Positions 30,014 through 39,994 of a stretch of 63,472 bases of DNA are shown here, piece by piece (position 1 is the stretch's first letter; every line of letters starts with the position of its first letter). Both the position numbers and the translations under genes were made by a program. Under the pieces are notes generated by a model. The model made no database searches, had not been told where the DNA came from, and was given only the letters and a program-made list of their open reading frames with translations. Source of the DNA: a virus (lineage: Duplodnaviria; Caudoviricetes); IMG/VR virus record IMGVR_UViG_3300045825_000308, positions 1 to 63,472 of that record, one strand, 5' to 3'.

Positions 30014-31116
30014 TTAAACTAGAGCCATTTAAAAAAATCCTTAATGATTGTGATATTGGATATCTTGAAAATCAGTCTCACATCATATTGAAAGAATGTC
30101 CTAACTGCAATGGTTCCGATAAGCTTTGGGTTTCTAAAGGTAATCTTCTTTGGAGATGCTTTAAATGTGAAGGTTTAAATTACAACACGGCTAAAGGTAA
30201 TTTTTACACACTATTAAGAGATGTTCTTGGTTTTGACAAATTTGAAATCAAACAGATTCTAAAAGAAAATGAAATTCCGTCATATGTTCCTGAGAAATTA
30301 GAAGCTGCACCGCTTCAAAGAAAAGAATTAATTGAAGATAAAGAAATTAAAATCGATAAGTTTGACATTCCTTCCAACTTTTTCTTATTAGATGGATCAG
30401 AAACTCAATTAAGAAATCACATGGAAGTCTATTCTTATTTAGTATCGCGACATGTTACGAATTTAGAAACTATTCAGAAATTTAAGTTAAGATATAATCC
30501 GGCAGTTAAAAGATTAGTCTTCCCAGTTTATAATGGAGACAAGACATGTGTTGGAGTCCAGACAAGAGATATCACTGATAGATATAAGCAAATGCATCTT
30601 AAGTGTCAGAACTTTGAATGCTCCCTATTCCGTCAATTTTATTTCTTTAAGACAAAAGAAGAAATTTCTCATTGTCCAGAGTGTAGATCAGAACTTTTAG
30701 AATCTTTTTATCCTAAATCATCTAACTCTAGAAATTTTCCTAAGACTGAAATATTTTTTAATCAACAAAATATTGATTGGACTCAGCCAGTAGCTATGGT
30801 AGAAGGTCCTTTCGATTGCACTAACACACCAAATGCTATTGGACTATTAGGAAGAACGCTTTCTTATTCGCAATTGTGGATTATTTTAAATAATTTAAAA
30901 GCACCATTGATTTTATTTTTAGATGGTGATCAAGCTGGAACAGAATCAACGATAGATGTTTATCATAAATTATCTCTATTTGTTGATGATATTAAAATTT
31001 GTTTATTAGAAAATGGCGATGATCCAGGCAGTCATTCAATAGAAGAAAATAAAGTATTATTATCACAAGCGACACACCCGCACACTTGGTTTATAAATAA
31101 ACAAATCATGTTTTAG
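30010..31116 (+). CDS. DNA primase (Zn finger + TOPRIM)
   Basis: CPNC...CFKC; MVEGPFD; LDGDQAG; DDPG. Confidence 0.85.
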   Translation: MIKLEPFKKILNDCDIGYLENQSHIILKECPNCNGSDKLWVSKGNLLWRCFKCEGLNYNTAKGNFYTLLRDVLGFDKFEIKQILKENEIPSYVPEKLEAAPLQRKELIEDKEIKIDKFDIPSNFFLLDGSETQLRNHMEVYSYLVSRHVTNLETIQKFKLRYNPAVKRLVFPVYNGDKTCVGVQTRDITDRYKQMHLKCQNFECSLFRQFYFFKTKEEISHCPECRSELLESFYPKSSNSRNFPKTEIFFNQQNIDWTQPVAMVEGPFDCTNTPNAIGLLGRTLSYSQLWIILNNLKAPLILFLDGDQAGTESTIDVYHKLSLFVDDIKICLLENGDDPGSHSIEENKVLLSQATHPHTWFINKQIMF

Positions 31117-31232
31117 TCTGGCGCATATCACAAAAATAGTTGTCAGTAAATGTCGAATTAATTATGTATCGTCTTCTTAAAACCTATGTAAAGATCCATC
31201 ATCACATTTTTTAGATCTTACATGGAGGCACT

Positions 31233-31955
31233 ATGACGAAGGCGACAGAACTTTATCAGAAACCAGTTTATTCAGACGAACTTTTTAAATCTTTCTATCC
31301 GATGATTTGTAAAGTGATTAATGACACAGTACTTAAATTACCGCAAGGGTCAGAAAACATTGACCGTTATGAAGATTATGTGCAGCGTTGTAGAATTTGG
31401 CTATGGGAACATTGTGAATTATATGATGCCACGCGCACTGGTAAGAATGGCAAGATTTGTAAGTTCTCTACCTATATGCACATGGTATTTTACTCACGAC
31501 TCGGTGCAATTAGAAATAATTTATTAAAGAAAAGAAAAGATAATATTTGTGTTGACTTTTCAAACTTAATGAACCCGCAATCTCTAAATGAAAACACGAA
31601 TAATGACATCTCATATTTATCAGAAGATGTCTGTGTGGATATAGATTTCACAATGCTATTAAAAGAAAAACTGATCTTTCTCCAAAAACTTCTACCACCA
31701 GAAAAATTTGGATTATATAAAGAATACTTTCTTGACGGAAATCAAGAACTTAGTTCCTTATCTGAAAAGTATTTTAATCCAGAGTATAATCAAATTAAAG
31801 AAACGATAAATGAATTAAAGAAAATTCATGAAGACTGTTGGGGAATAAATGTTAAATCCAGAAAACAAGTGCGCAAATCTGTTCAACCAAGAAGTAAAAA
31901 GCATTCAGCATTCTGTCAAGACAATGTTGGACATGCAATTGAGTTTGCAACGTGA
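31233..31955 (+). CDS. sigma-70-like factor
   Basis: region 2-like EDYVQ..RIWLW...YD...KFSTYM; GGAGG RBS. Confidence 0.6.
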   Translation: MTKATELYQKPVYSDELFKSFYPMICKVINDTVLKLPQGSENIDRYEDYVQRCRIWLWEHCELYDATRTGKNGKICKFSTYMHMVFYSRLGAIRNNLLKKRKDNICVDFSNLMNPQSLNENTNNDISYLSEDVCVDIDFTMLLKEKLIFLQKLLPPEKFGLYKEYFLDGNQELSSLSEKYFNPEYNQIKETINELKKIHEDCWGINVKSRKQVRKSVQPRSKKHSAFCQDNVGHAIEFAT

Positions 31956-32286
31956 GTATTTTAAAAGAGGCAAAGGAATTGATTATGATAATGCCTCTTT
32001 TAAAGAAAAGATTAATGAAATCAAAAGCCAAAAGATTAATTTTGATTCTGAGTTTAACGAGTTGCTTGACACACTGCCGTGGAAACCTTGGCGATCATAT
32101 ACTGAAGATCAATTAAAAGGGTTTGCTTCACCAGAAGTAAAGTTAGAAGCGCAATATGAGATCATCGATGGTTTTCATTTTTTCATGAATATGTGTTTAT
32201 TGATGGATATTGATGGTGATACGTTTGAAAAACTTTATATGACTAAGAACAAAGAGAATTTTGATAGACAAGAACGTGGTTATTAA
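31849..32286 (+). CDS. all-alpha dCTPase/dUTPase, T4 gp56-like
   Basis: NKCANL, MLDMQ, EFNELL, WKPW, EIIDGFHF, LYMTKNKENFDRQERGY. Confidence 0.85.
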   Translation: MLNPENKCANLFNQEVKSIQHSVKTMLDMQLSLQREYFKRGKGIDYDNASFKEKINEIKSQKINFDSEFNELLDTLPWKPWRSYTEDQLKGFASPEVKLEAQYEIIDGFHFFMNMCLLMDIDGDTFEKLYMTKNKENFDRQERGY

Positions 32287-32300
32287 ATAAGGAGAACTTT

Positions 32301-32639
32301 ATGACAGAAGAAACAAAAGCAGTTGAACCAAAAGCAACGAAGTATGTTAGACCAAAATATGTTGTAGGTCTTTACAAATCTGGTATGACGAAAATGGAAG
32401 ACTTAATTGAAGCCGTGCGCAATATGGAAAATAGTGTTATTTTACGCAAGAATGTAAAACATCCACGAGATACTTTCTTTTATAAAAGAAATATTCACTG
32501 GGCACTATCTGATGCAACAAAGGCTGGAGAAATCACTGGTTATGTTATTAAACTTAGAAAAGTCAATACAGCAGTAAACAAAAAAGAAGCTCCTGTAAAT
32601 AATGTTGAAACATCAACTGATTCAATCCCAACTATCTAG
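32301..32639 (+). CDS. hypothetical basic protein
   Basis: AAGGAG RBS. Confidence 0.65.
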   Translation: MTEETKAVEPKATKYVRPKYVVGLYKSGMTKMEDLIEAVRNMENSVILRKNVKHPRDTFFYKRNIHWALSDATKAGEITGYVIKLRKVNTAVNKKEAPVNNVETSTDSIPTI

Positions 32640-32648
32640 GAATAACAA

Positions 32649-33155
32649 ATGCTGTGCATCATAGAAGGTTCTGACAAAGCAGGAAAAAGTACATTAGCAA
32701 AACATTTATCCGAAGTATTTAATTTAGAATGCACACATTTGACTAAACCTAAAACTGATGATTCATTTAACGAATATTCAGATATGATTGACAATATCAA
32801 AGGTCCAATGATTTATGATAGAAGTTTCTTGTCTGAATATGTTTATGCAAATCTTTGGCGTGGTGGTTGTAAGATTACTAATGATCAGTTTAGAGCGTTA
32901 GAAAATAAAATTGTTTTGAAAGCTCATGAACTGAAGTTGCAAGTTTTTGTAATTTATGCATTTGCACCACTTGAAATAATTAAAGAAAGATGTATCAAAG
33001 AAAAAGAAGACCTTCTCCAATTAGATCAGGTAGAAAAGTGTCAAAAACTATATTCAGAAATCATGTCTAAAACAATGTTAATGAAAATTAATTATAATTC
33101 TTCAACACAACTGCCTAAACATATCTCACAATTAATTGGTCAATTATCTCAGTAG
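32649..33155 (+). CDS. dNMP kinase (thymidylate kinase-like)
   Basis: IIEGSDKAGKST P-loop; YDRSFLSEYVY. Confidence 0.85.
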   Translation: MLCIIEGSDKAGKSTLAKHLSEVFNLECTHLTKPKTDDSFNEYSDMIDNIKGPMIYDRSFLSEYVYANLWRGGCKITNDQFRALENKIVLKAHELKLQVFVIYAFAPLEIIKERCIKEKEDLLQLDQVEKCQKLYSEIMSKTMLMKINYNSSTQLPKHISQLIGQLSQ

Positions 33156-33165
33156 GAAAATAAAC

Positions 33166-34017
33166 ATGAAAGTTTGGCAAGATATACTTAAAACAGTTCT
33201 TGAGAATGGTGAGAAGAGAAATGATAGGACTGGCTGTGGAACATTGGCTTTATTTAATAAAGTTATCGAATTTGATAATGAATTTTCCTTCCCCGCAGTT
33301 ACAACGAAAAAATTGGCGTTTAAATCAATGGCTAGTGAATTAGCTTGCTTTATTCATGGTAAATCAAAACTATCTGATTTTCATAAATTCAATTGTAAGA
33401 TATGGGATGCTAATGGAAATGCGGATTATTGGTTAAAGAATACAAACAATATTGATCCAGGTAATTATTTGGGTCGCATCTATGGTGTCAACTGGCGTGG
33501 TTGGAAAAGTGTTAATACTACAAAAGAAACATTAGAGATTAAAGAAACAGATCAATTACATGATCTGGTTCAAGCTATTAAAAAAGAGCCACACAGCAGA
33601 AGACATGTGGTCCTAGCTTTTAATCCAGGAGAACTTGATCAAACGGTGCTCCCGGCCTGTCATTTAGGTTTTCAAGTTTTCGTAAGAGGATCGACTCATA
33701 TAGATATAGCTGTTCAAATGAGATCTGTTGATTTGTTTCTTGGTTTACCTTTTGATGTTGCGAGTTACGCTCTTCTCCAAAGACTAATAGCTAAGGAAGT
33801 TGGTTTGACTTCTGGTAAGCTTTATTTCAATTTAGGCGACACTCATATCTATTTGAATCATATTGAGCAAGTCAAAACTATTTTGACTAGAACTCCTCAC
33901 ACACCGCCACAACTCAAGTTATCAGATGATGCTTCTTTGTTTGATTTTCATCCTTCACAAGCGGAATTAGTTAGTTATGAATCATATGGAATACTTGCAG
34001 CTCCCATGAGTGTCTAA
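33166..34017 (+). CDS. ThyA-family enzyme, candidate dCMP (hydroxy)methylase
   Basis: DRTG, SRR, PACH, MRSVDLFLGLPFD, DTHIYLNH; Asp at the Asn177-equivalent position. Confidence 0.85.
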   Translation: MKVWQDILKTVLENGEKRNDRTGCGTLALFNKVIEFDNEFSFPAVTTKKLAFKSMASELACFIHGKSKLSDFHKFNCKIWDANGNADYWLKNTNNIDPGNYLGRIYGVNWRGWKSVNTTKETLEIKETDQLHDLVQAIKKEPHSRRHVVLAFNPGELDQTVLPACHLGFQVFVRGSTHIDIAVQMRSVDLFLGLPFDVASYALLQRLIAKEVGLTSGKLYFNLGDTHIYLNHIEQVKTILTRTPHTPPQLKLSDDASLFDFHPSQAELVSYESYGILAAPMSV

Positions 34018-34030
34018 AGTATAATAGGGC

Positions 34031-37000
34031 ATGATCACATACGCTAATCTAAATACTAAATCACATTATTCAGCAGGTCTAGCAGTTGGCACAACAACTG
34101 AAATTATAAAAAAGGCTATGGAGAAAAAACTTCATGGCCTTGCTTTAACAGATCGCAACACAGCGTCTGGCTTAATTGATTTTTATAATAAAGCAAAAGA
34201 ATTAAAATTCAAAGCATCTCTTGGTATTGAGATTTTTTATTATGATAATGCAAACAAACTTCAAAAAATCGTTCTATTAGCTATTAACCAGGAAGGTTAT
34301 TTTAATCTATGTCATTTAGTAACTAATTCATGGAATAATGTTCATTTATTTAATATGCCATGTGTTTCTTTATACGATTTAAATGAATATTCGCAATATT
34401 TATATTGTTTATCGAGTTCATTTGCACAAAGAAAAGATTTAAAGTCTATCTATAAAGACAAACTAATTTTTCAAATATTCTTAGACTATCAAAATAATGA
34501 AAATAATTTTAATATCTTAAAATCCTCAGAAAAATATATTATTTCATGTGATGCTTTTATTCCTGATTGGGATTTTAAAGAGCTTCAAGATGTAATGTTA
34601 AGCAATAGTAAATCTGCTACTGATGCAGATAAAGCTATTAGCGCTAAGCCAATCTTATCAGCTGTTGAAATAATGCAATATTGGAAAACCAATATGAATT
34701 ATATGACAATAGAACAATTGGCACAAGCTTTTCAATTATCTGTTTCAATTCTAGATGAATGCTCAAAGATTGAATTAAAGTTTAGAGATCAGGTTGTAAA
34801 TTATCCTCACCTTCTTCATCCATTAAATCATGACGGTTGTTCAAAAGAAGAGTTGGTTTATAGAATAGCTAAAGATTATGGAAGATTTCCTATTGATAAT
34901 TCAATATATAAAGACAGATTTGAATATGAGATGGATGCTATCACCAATAACGGAAGAGTAAATCTAATAGATTATTTCTTAGTGCTTGAAGATTTGTGCA
35001 GATGGTGTAGAGAGAATGGTATTACTGTTGGTCCAGGCAGGGGTTCTGGAGCTGGAGCTCTTGTTAACTATTGTCTGAAGATTACTCACTTGGATCCTAT
35101 TGTTTATAATCTTTTATTTGAAAGATTCATATCTAAAGGAAGGATAATCAATGGAAATATGCCCGATGTCGACCTAGATTTTTCCGAGCAAGAACCAGTT
35201 AGAGAATATTTAATAGAAAAATATGGATCTGATCGAGTTTATAGAATAGGAACGTTTCAAACATTAAAAACATTAGGCTCTATTAAAGATATTTGTAAAT
35301 CAATGCAAGATAAATATCCAGAATTAGATTTTGTTACTGTTAATAACGTTACAAAAACTTTTGGAGATAAAGACATAGAAGAATCAGAAGCTGAATTTTT
35401 TGAAAGAGTGTTAGAAGAAAATGAAGTTGCGCAAACCTTCTTCCAAAAATATCCAGATGTATTAAGCAAGGTTGAAAGGCTTGTTGGATATAATAGACAA
35501 GCGGGTATTCATCCCTGCTTTAATGGTAATATGAAAATATTAACAGATATCGGATATAAAACTTTTTATGAATTAGAAAATAAAAGCGCTATGATTTTAA
35601 CGCCATCCGGTTGGAGAAATGCTGTATTTTTTAAAAATGGTATAAAACAAACGTATAAACATATTATCGCAAGATCACATTTATCAACGAGAGGATACAT
35701 AGAAATTATATGTACAAAAGATCATATATTTAAATCAGACAATGATAGTGATTCAGAATTATATAAAAAGAAGATCTTGAGTAATCATAATTGTAATGAG
35801 TTAAGTTTAAATCATTTTTTATTAGGTTGGATATGGAATGATGGTTATTTTAATAAAAATGCAAATAGATTTATTGCATGCATCACCCCAGAGAAGGATA
35901 AGGAATTTTTTAAAATTTTTCCTGAGGATAATTTTCAATTAAAGCAAAAAAAATATGCATATACTTTTAAACATGAATTTAATCAAATTTTTGATAACCT
36001 TGGATATGATTATAATAAAACCACAACTAAGCAGTTTCCAATACAATGGAACACTTGGACAATTATAGAAAAATTTTCATGGCTTAAGGGAATGTTTTCA
36101 GCAAATGGATTTATCGTAAGAAAAAAATTTGGCATTAAATTAACATCTAGAAAATTAATTATTGATATGATTACGGCATTGAATGAATTAGGCATTACGA
36201 CAACAACAAATTTTAATGATCAGCCATCAATCGAGTGGAAATCAAAGGCTGCAAGTTATTTTTATTTAACACAGCATGGTAATAACACTTTTATTAAAGC
36301 TATAGGCTTTGTACAAGATTATAAGAATAATAATATTTTGAAAGATAACAGATATATTGCGCAAAAAATAATTAAACACAACATAGAGCCTGTTTTTGAT
36401 TTTACCGTTATTGATGGAGATCCATATGGCTTGGTTGAGGGATTTTGGGCACACAATTGTGGACTCGCATTGTGTCAAGATAATGTAGAAGACTTTGCTC
36501 CACTGAGATCATATAAGGGCACAAAAGTTTTAGATATTAATGCTGGAGCATGTGAACAATCGGGAATTTTAAAATATGATATCTTAGGATTAAGAACTTT
36601 AAAATATATTCAAGCCACATGTGATCTCGTTGGCATTAAAGATATTTACTCTATACCGTTGGATGATAGACTAACCCACAATAAGTTTGCTGAGGGAGAT
36701 ACTAATGGAGTGTTTCAGTTTAATTCTGATGTAGCTATTGGAATCTTAACAATGATACCAAAGAATAAAATGTCTTTGGATGTTGAATCATTAACAACAT
36801 CATGTGGACGTCCAGGACCAATGCGAAATGGACAGCATATTGAATTTGCAAAAAGAGTGAGTGGTGATAGATTAGCAACAGCTCCGCACCCAGCACTTGA
36901 AGAAGAATTAAAATCAACATTCGGAATTATGATTTATCAAGAAAATGTTATGAAGACATCACAAATACTTGGTGGATTTTCTTTAGCCGAAGCAGATGAT

Positions 37001-38020
37001 ATTAGACGCGCAATGGGTAAAAAGAAAGCATCTGTGCTTGCTCCATATAAAAGTAGATTCATTGACAATTGTCAACTTAAATTTCCTGAAACTAAAGATA
37101 AATATTTAGATGAAAAAAATCCAAGCTCAACTATATCTAAAGCAGAATACATTTGGAACTTAATGGCTACATTTTCCGGGTATGGTTTTTGCAAGGCCCA
37201 CAGCGTTGCATATACTCTTATTGGTTATCAATGTCAATATTTAAAGACTCATCATCATCTTGAATGGTGGACAGCTTGCTTAATGCATGCTAAGTCAGAT
37301 AAGATTCAATCTTATTATCAAGATGCTATGCAGTATTGTATCGATCCAGATATTAATAAATCACAAGAAAACTATAAAATTATTGATGGCAAAATTCAAA
37401 TGCCACTAACCTCTATTAAGGGATTAGGGCCAAAAGCTTCACAAGACATTTATTACTTGAGACCATTCACTTCAATGCAAGATTGTTTAACTAGAGTCAA
37501 CAAAAGAGCTGTTAATAAAAAAGTTGCTCTCCAATTGATTTATGCAGGTTGTTTTGACTCACTTCATCCAGAAGGAAAACAACATCTAGTTAATGAATAC
37601 TTTAGATTTCGTGGTGAAAAAGCACCAGAAGAATTAAAAACCCTAACAAGAAATCAATTAACAGACTTTAGAATTAAAGCTTTGTCTTATTTGCAGAGAG
37701 ATTTATATGAAATCTTTGCAGATATATTTTCAGAACCATTAACGCAATATGAAAATATAGTTATGACCAATGAGCCAATCCATATACTTGGAAAAGTAGA
37801 TTCACTAAAGAAAAAGAAAACAAAGAATGGTAATGATTTTGGCGACTTAATGATTTCAAATAATGGCGAAGTATTAAAGATAAGAATGTGGGAAGACGAA
37901 TTGAAATGTTACAAAGAGAACTTAAAAGAAAAGAATGAACTAAGACTAAAATGTAAAGTGTCAGAGTACAATAACCAAGTACAGCTTACATTAATTAGTT
38001 GTAAAATATTGGGAGTTTAA
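34031..38020 (+). CDS. dnaE: DNA polymerase III alpha subunit with intein
   Basis: GPGRGSGAG, FERF, PDVDLD, KYDILGL, GVFQF, IYQE, GYGFCKAHS; C-terminal OB fold. Confidence 0.95.
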   Translation: MITYANLNTKSHYSAGLAVGTTTEIIKKAMEKKLHGLALTDRNTASGLIDFYNKAKELKFKASLGIEIFYYDNANKLQKIVLLAINQEGYFNLCHLVTNSWNNVHLFNMPCVSLYDLNEYSQYLYCLSSSFAQRKDLKSIYKDKLIFQIFLDYQNNENNFNILKSSEKYIISCDAFIPDWDFKELQDVMLSNSKSATDADKAISAKPILSAVEIMQYWKTNMNYMTIEQLAQAFQLSVSILDECSKIELKFRDQVVNYPHLLHPLNHDGCSKEELVYRIAKDYGRFPIDNSIYKDRFEYEMDAITNNGRVNLIDYFLVLEDLCRWCRENGITVGPGRGSGAGALVNYCLKITHLDPIVYNLLFERFISKGRIINGNMPDVDLDFSEQEPVREYLIEKYGSDRVYRIGTFQTLKTLGSIKDICKSMQDKYPELDFVTVNNVTKTFGDKDIEESEAEFFERVLEENEVAQTFFQKYPDVLSKVERLVGYNRQAGIHPCFNGNMKILTDIGYKTFYELENKSAMILTPSGWRNAVFFKNGIKQTYKHIIARSHLSTRGYIEIICTKDHIFKSDNDSDSELYKKKILSNHNCNELSLNHFLLGWIWNDGYFNKNANRFIACITPEKDKEFFKIFPEDNFQLKQKKYAYTFKHEFNQIFDNLGYDYNKTTTKQFPIQWNTWTIIEKFSWLKGMFSANGFIVRKKFGIKLTSRKLIIDMITALNELGITTTTNFNDQPSIEWKSKAASYFYLTQHGNNTFIKAIGFVQDYKNNNILKDNRYIAQKIIKHNIEPVFDFTVIDGDPYGLVEGFWAHNCGLALCQDNVEDFAPLRSYKGTKVLDINAGACEQSGILKYDILGLRTLKYIQATCDLVGIKDIYSIPLDDRLTHNKFAEGDTNGVFQFNSDVAIGILTMIPKNKMSLDVESLTTSCGRPGPMRNGQHIEFAKRVSGDRLATAPHPALEEELKSTFGIMIYQENVMKTSQILGGFSLAEADDIRRAMGKKKASVLAPYKSRFIDNCQLKFPETKDKYLDEKNPSSTISKAEYIWNLMATFSGYGFCKAHSVAYTLIGYQCQYLKTHHHLEWWTACLMHAKSDKIQSYYQDAMQYCIDPDINKSQENYKIIDGKIQMPLTSIKGLGPKASQDIYYLRPFTSMQDCLTRVNKRAVNKKVALQLIYAGCFDSLHPEGKQHLVNEYFRFRGEKAPEELKTLTRNQLTDFRIKALSYLQRDLYEIFADIFSEPLTQYENIVMTNEPIHILGKVDSLKKKKTKNGNDFGDLMISNNGEVLKIRMWEDELKCYKENLKEKNELRLKCKVSEYNNQVQLTLISCKILGV
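35516..36457 (+). mobile_element. cis intein (314 aa) with LAGLIDADG-type endonuclease
   Basis: GIHP/CFNG; CTKDH; LLGWIWNDG; LKGMFSANG; VFDF...AHN/C. Confidence 0.9.
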
Positions 38021-38545
38021 ATGCAAACTGAAGAACAAATTAAAGAACAGATGAAAGAATACGGAGTTGAATTAGTAATCAATCCTGGTCCACTATATAA
38101 TATTGGAGATGATACAATTCATATTGAGTGTGATCTTGATATTAATCTTGGATTAGATTGGATTAATAATTGCGTTCTAACAAAAATAACTAAGCGTAAT
38201 ACAAAAATGTTTTGTACTTTTGAGCAAAAACCAGAAACATTAACAATTAAGTTTGCGACTATTCTTCCAAAGAGTTTTAAAGAAACCTATAAACCAGTTT
38301 ATGGAAAACAAGTTTGTACTACTTTTCCAGACTTATGCTGGTTATATTCAGAAGGAACCACAACTCAAACACTAACAGAAGTAGAAACCAAGCCTAGAGA
38401 CAATGTTCCGACTGGAGATTTACTTTGGCTGTTATCTTCTCGATTTGCAGATGATTTAATTGAAATGATCCACACTATTAACCCAGAATTTATGTCAGGC
38501 CTAATGCGCGATGCCGTGTGTTATGGACCATATTATAATTTTTAG
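38021..38545 (+). CDS. hypothetical protein
   Basis: abuts the dnaE stop; GGAG RBS. Confidence 0.65.
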   Translation: MQTEEQIKEQMKEYGVELVINPGPLYNIGDDTIHIECDLDINLGLDWINNCVLTKITKRNTKMFCTFEQKPETLTIKFATILPKSFKETYKPVYGKQVCTTFPDLCWLYSEGTTTQTLTEVETKPRDNVPTGDLLWLLSSRFADDLIEMIHTINPEFMSGLMRDAVCYGPYYNF

Positions 38546-38578
38546 ACTCTAGTCGAGTCATATTTTTAAGGAGTATCT

Positions 38579-39541
38579 ATGTCTAATGAGTATTTTGGTT
38601 TTGATGACAACATGTTTTCTTCTACACAGAGGATTAAATTCACATCTTTTAAAAATGGTGAACACCGTTTTAGAGTGCTTCCGCCGTTTGCACAAGGTAA
38701 ACTTTACCATCAAGTTGATCTTCACTGGGGATTTACTGATGAAAATAATAAAAAGAAAGCTTTAAAATGTACTAAATATGAATTTAAGACTTGTGCTATC
38801 TGTGATGAAGCTGATAAAGCAAAAGCAGACGCCGATATGATTTCTAAGAATCCACAAGGATTTGCTTCTTCAGAAGAACTTAAAATGGCCTTTGATGAAA
38901 AAATGAAAAGATATAGTGACTTGAAAAAGAAAGCATCTTATCTATGGAATATCATGGCTGATGATGGAGTTCCTACAGTTCTTCAATTATCATGGAATGG
39001 TCATGAACAATTATTCAATAAGGTTAGATTTCTTTGGGAACAAAGTAAAATCAATGTTTCTGATGCTAACAACAGCACTCAATTGTGGTGTTCAAGAACT
39101 GGCCAAGGCGTAATGACTCGTTATCAATTTGAAACAATTGCTAACTCAGGTAGAAAACTAGAAAACATTGGACAGTTAGTTGATCTCACAAAAGTATATA
39201 AAGAAACAACTCCATCTGAATTGAAGTTGATTGTAGATCGTGGTTATGTTCCTCAAACTTTGGAAGATCCAAATGATAGAAATTTCAAAGCTGCTCCGGC
39301 AAACAGTATGAAAGACATTCCAGCTTACCAAGCGCCAGCGGCTCAGGCTCAACCAGTAGTTCAAACTCAACCACAAGAAGTTGCTGCACCAACCTATCAA
39401 GCACAATTTGATCAGGCAACTACACCACAACAGAATCCTTCTCCAGTTGTTGCTCAAGTAGTTCTTCCTGTAGCTCCTGTTAATAATATTAATATTGAAG
39501 ATGATATTGCTAAGATGCAAAATCTATTAGGACAAAGGTAG
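38579..39541 (+). CDS. single-stranded DNA-binding protein, T4 gp32-like
   Basis: RFRVLPP; H...C...CAIC zinc motif; low-complexity tail; recombination gene context. Confidence 0.75.
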   Translation: MSNEYFGFDDNMFSSTQRIKFTSFKNGEHRFRVLPPFAQGKLYHQVDLHWGFTDENNKKKALKCTKYEFKTCAICDEADKAKADADMISKNPQGFASSEELKMAFDEKMKRYSDLKKKASYLWNIMADDGVPTVLQLSWNGHEQLFNKVRFLWEQSKINVSDANNSTQLWCSRTGQGVMTRYQFETIANSGRKLENIGQLVDLTKVYKETTPSELKLIVDRGYVPQTLEDPNDRNFKAAPANSMKDIPAYQAPAAQAQPVVQTQPQEVAAPTYQAQFDQATTPQQNPSPVVAQVVLPVAPVNNINIEDDIAKMQNLLGQR

Positions 39542-39544
39542 AAA

Positions 39545-39985
39545 ATGTTTTCTGTTAGATATAAAGATTCTGCTGAATTTCAAAACGCACATGAGAAAAA
39601 GTTTGAATCTATATTGTCAGCAACAACTAAACTAAAGTCATCAAGCCAGATTTCGGAGTCTGGCTTTGCTTTGGTTGAAACAGAAAGACTTACGTATGAA
39701 TTTTTAAATCTATCGGCAGTTTGTTCTGATCTTCTGTTTGGATTATCTGCTAGTGTCTTAGATGCTAAAGCTAAAATGAAACAAATTGAGGGTATGTTCT
39801 TTAGAGATTTAACTGTTAAGACTTCCGCTATTGATAAAGCAAAGCTTGTTCATTGTTTACCACAATATATAGAAGCAGACAAGAATTATAATGATTTAAC
39901 AGATTTGGCAGATTACATCTTAATGAAAAAGAAAGATTTTGATTCTGCACATTATCACTATCGTGAATTAAATAATAAAAAATAA
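39545..39985 (+). CDS. UvsY-like recombination mediator
   Basis: helical ~146 aa between SSB and RecA. Confidence 0.5.
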   Translation: MFSVRYKDSAEFQNAHEKKFESILSATTKLKSSSQISESGFALVETERLTYEFLNLSAVCSDLLFGLSASVLDAKAKMKQIEGMFFRDLTVKTSAIDKAKLVHCLPQYIEADKNYNDLTDLADYILMKKKDFDSAHYHYRELNNKK

Positions 39986-39994
39986 GGAAATTAT

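Noticed and set aside
38545-38559. GACTC-N5/6-GAGTC mini hairpins here and at 52929-52944
   Set aside because: Only 5-bp stems and two instances; cannot be distinguished from chance
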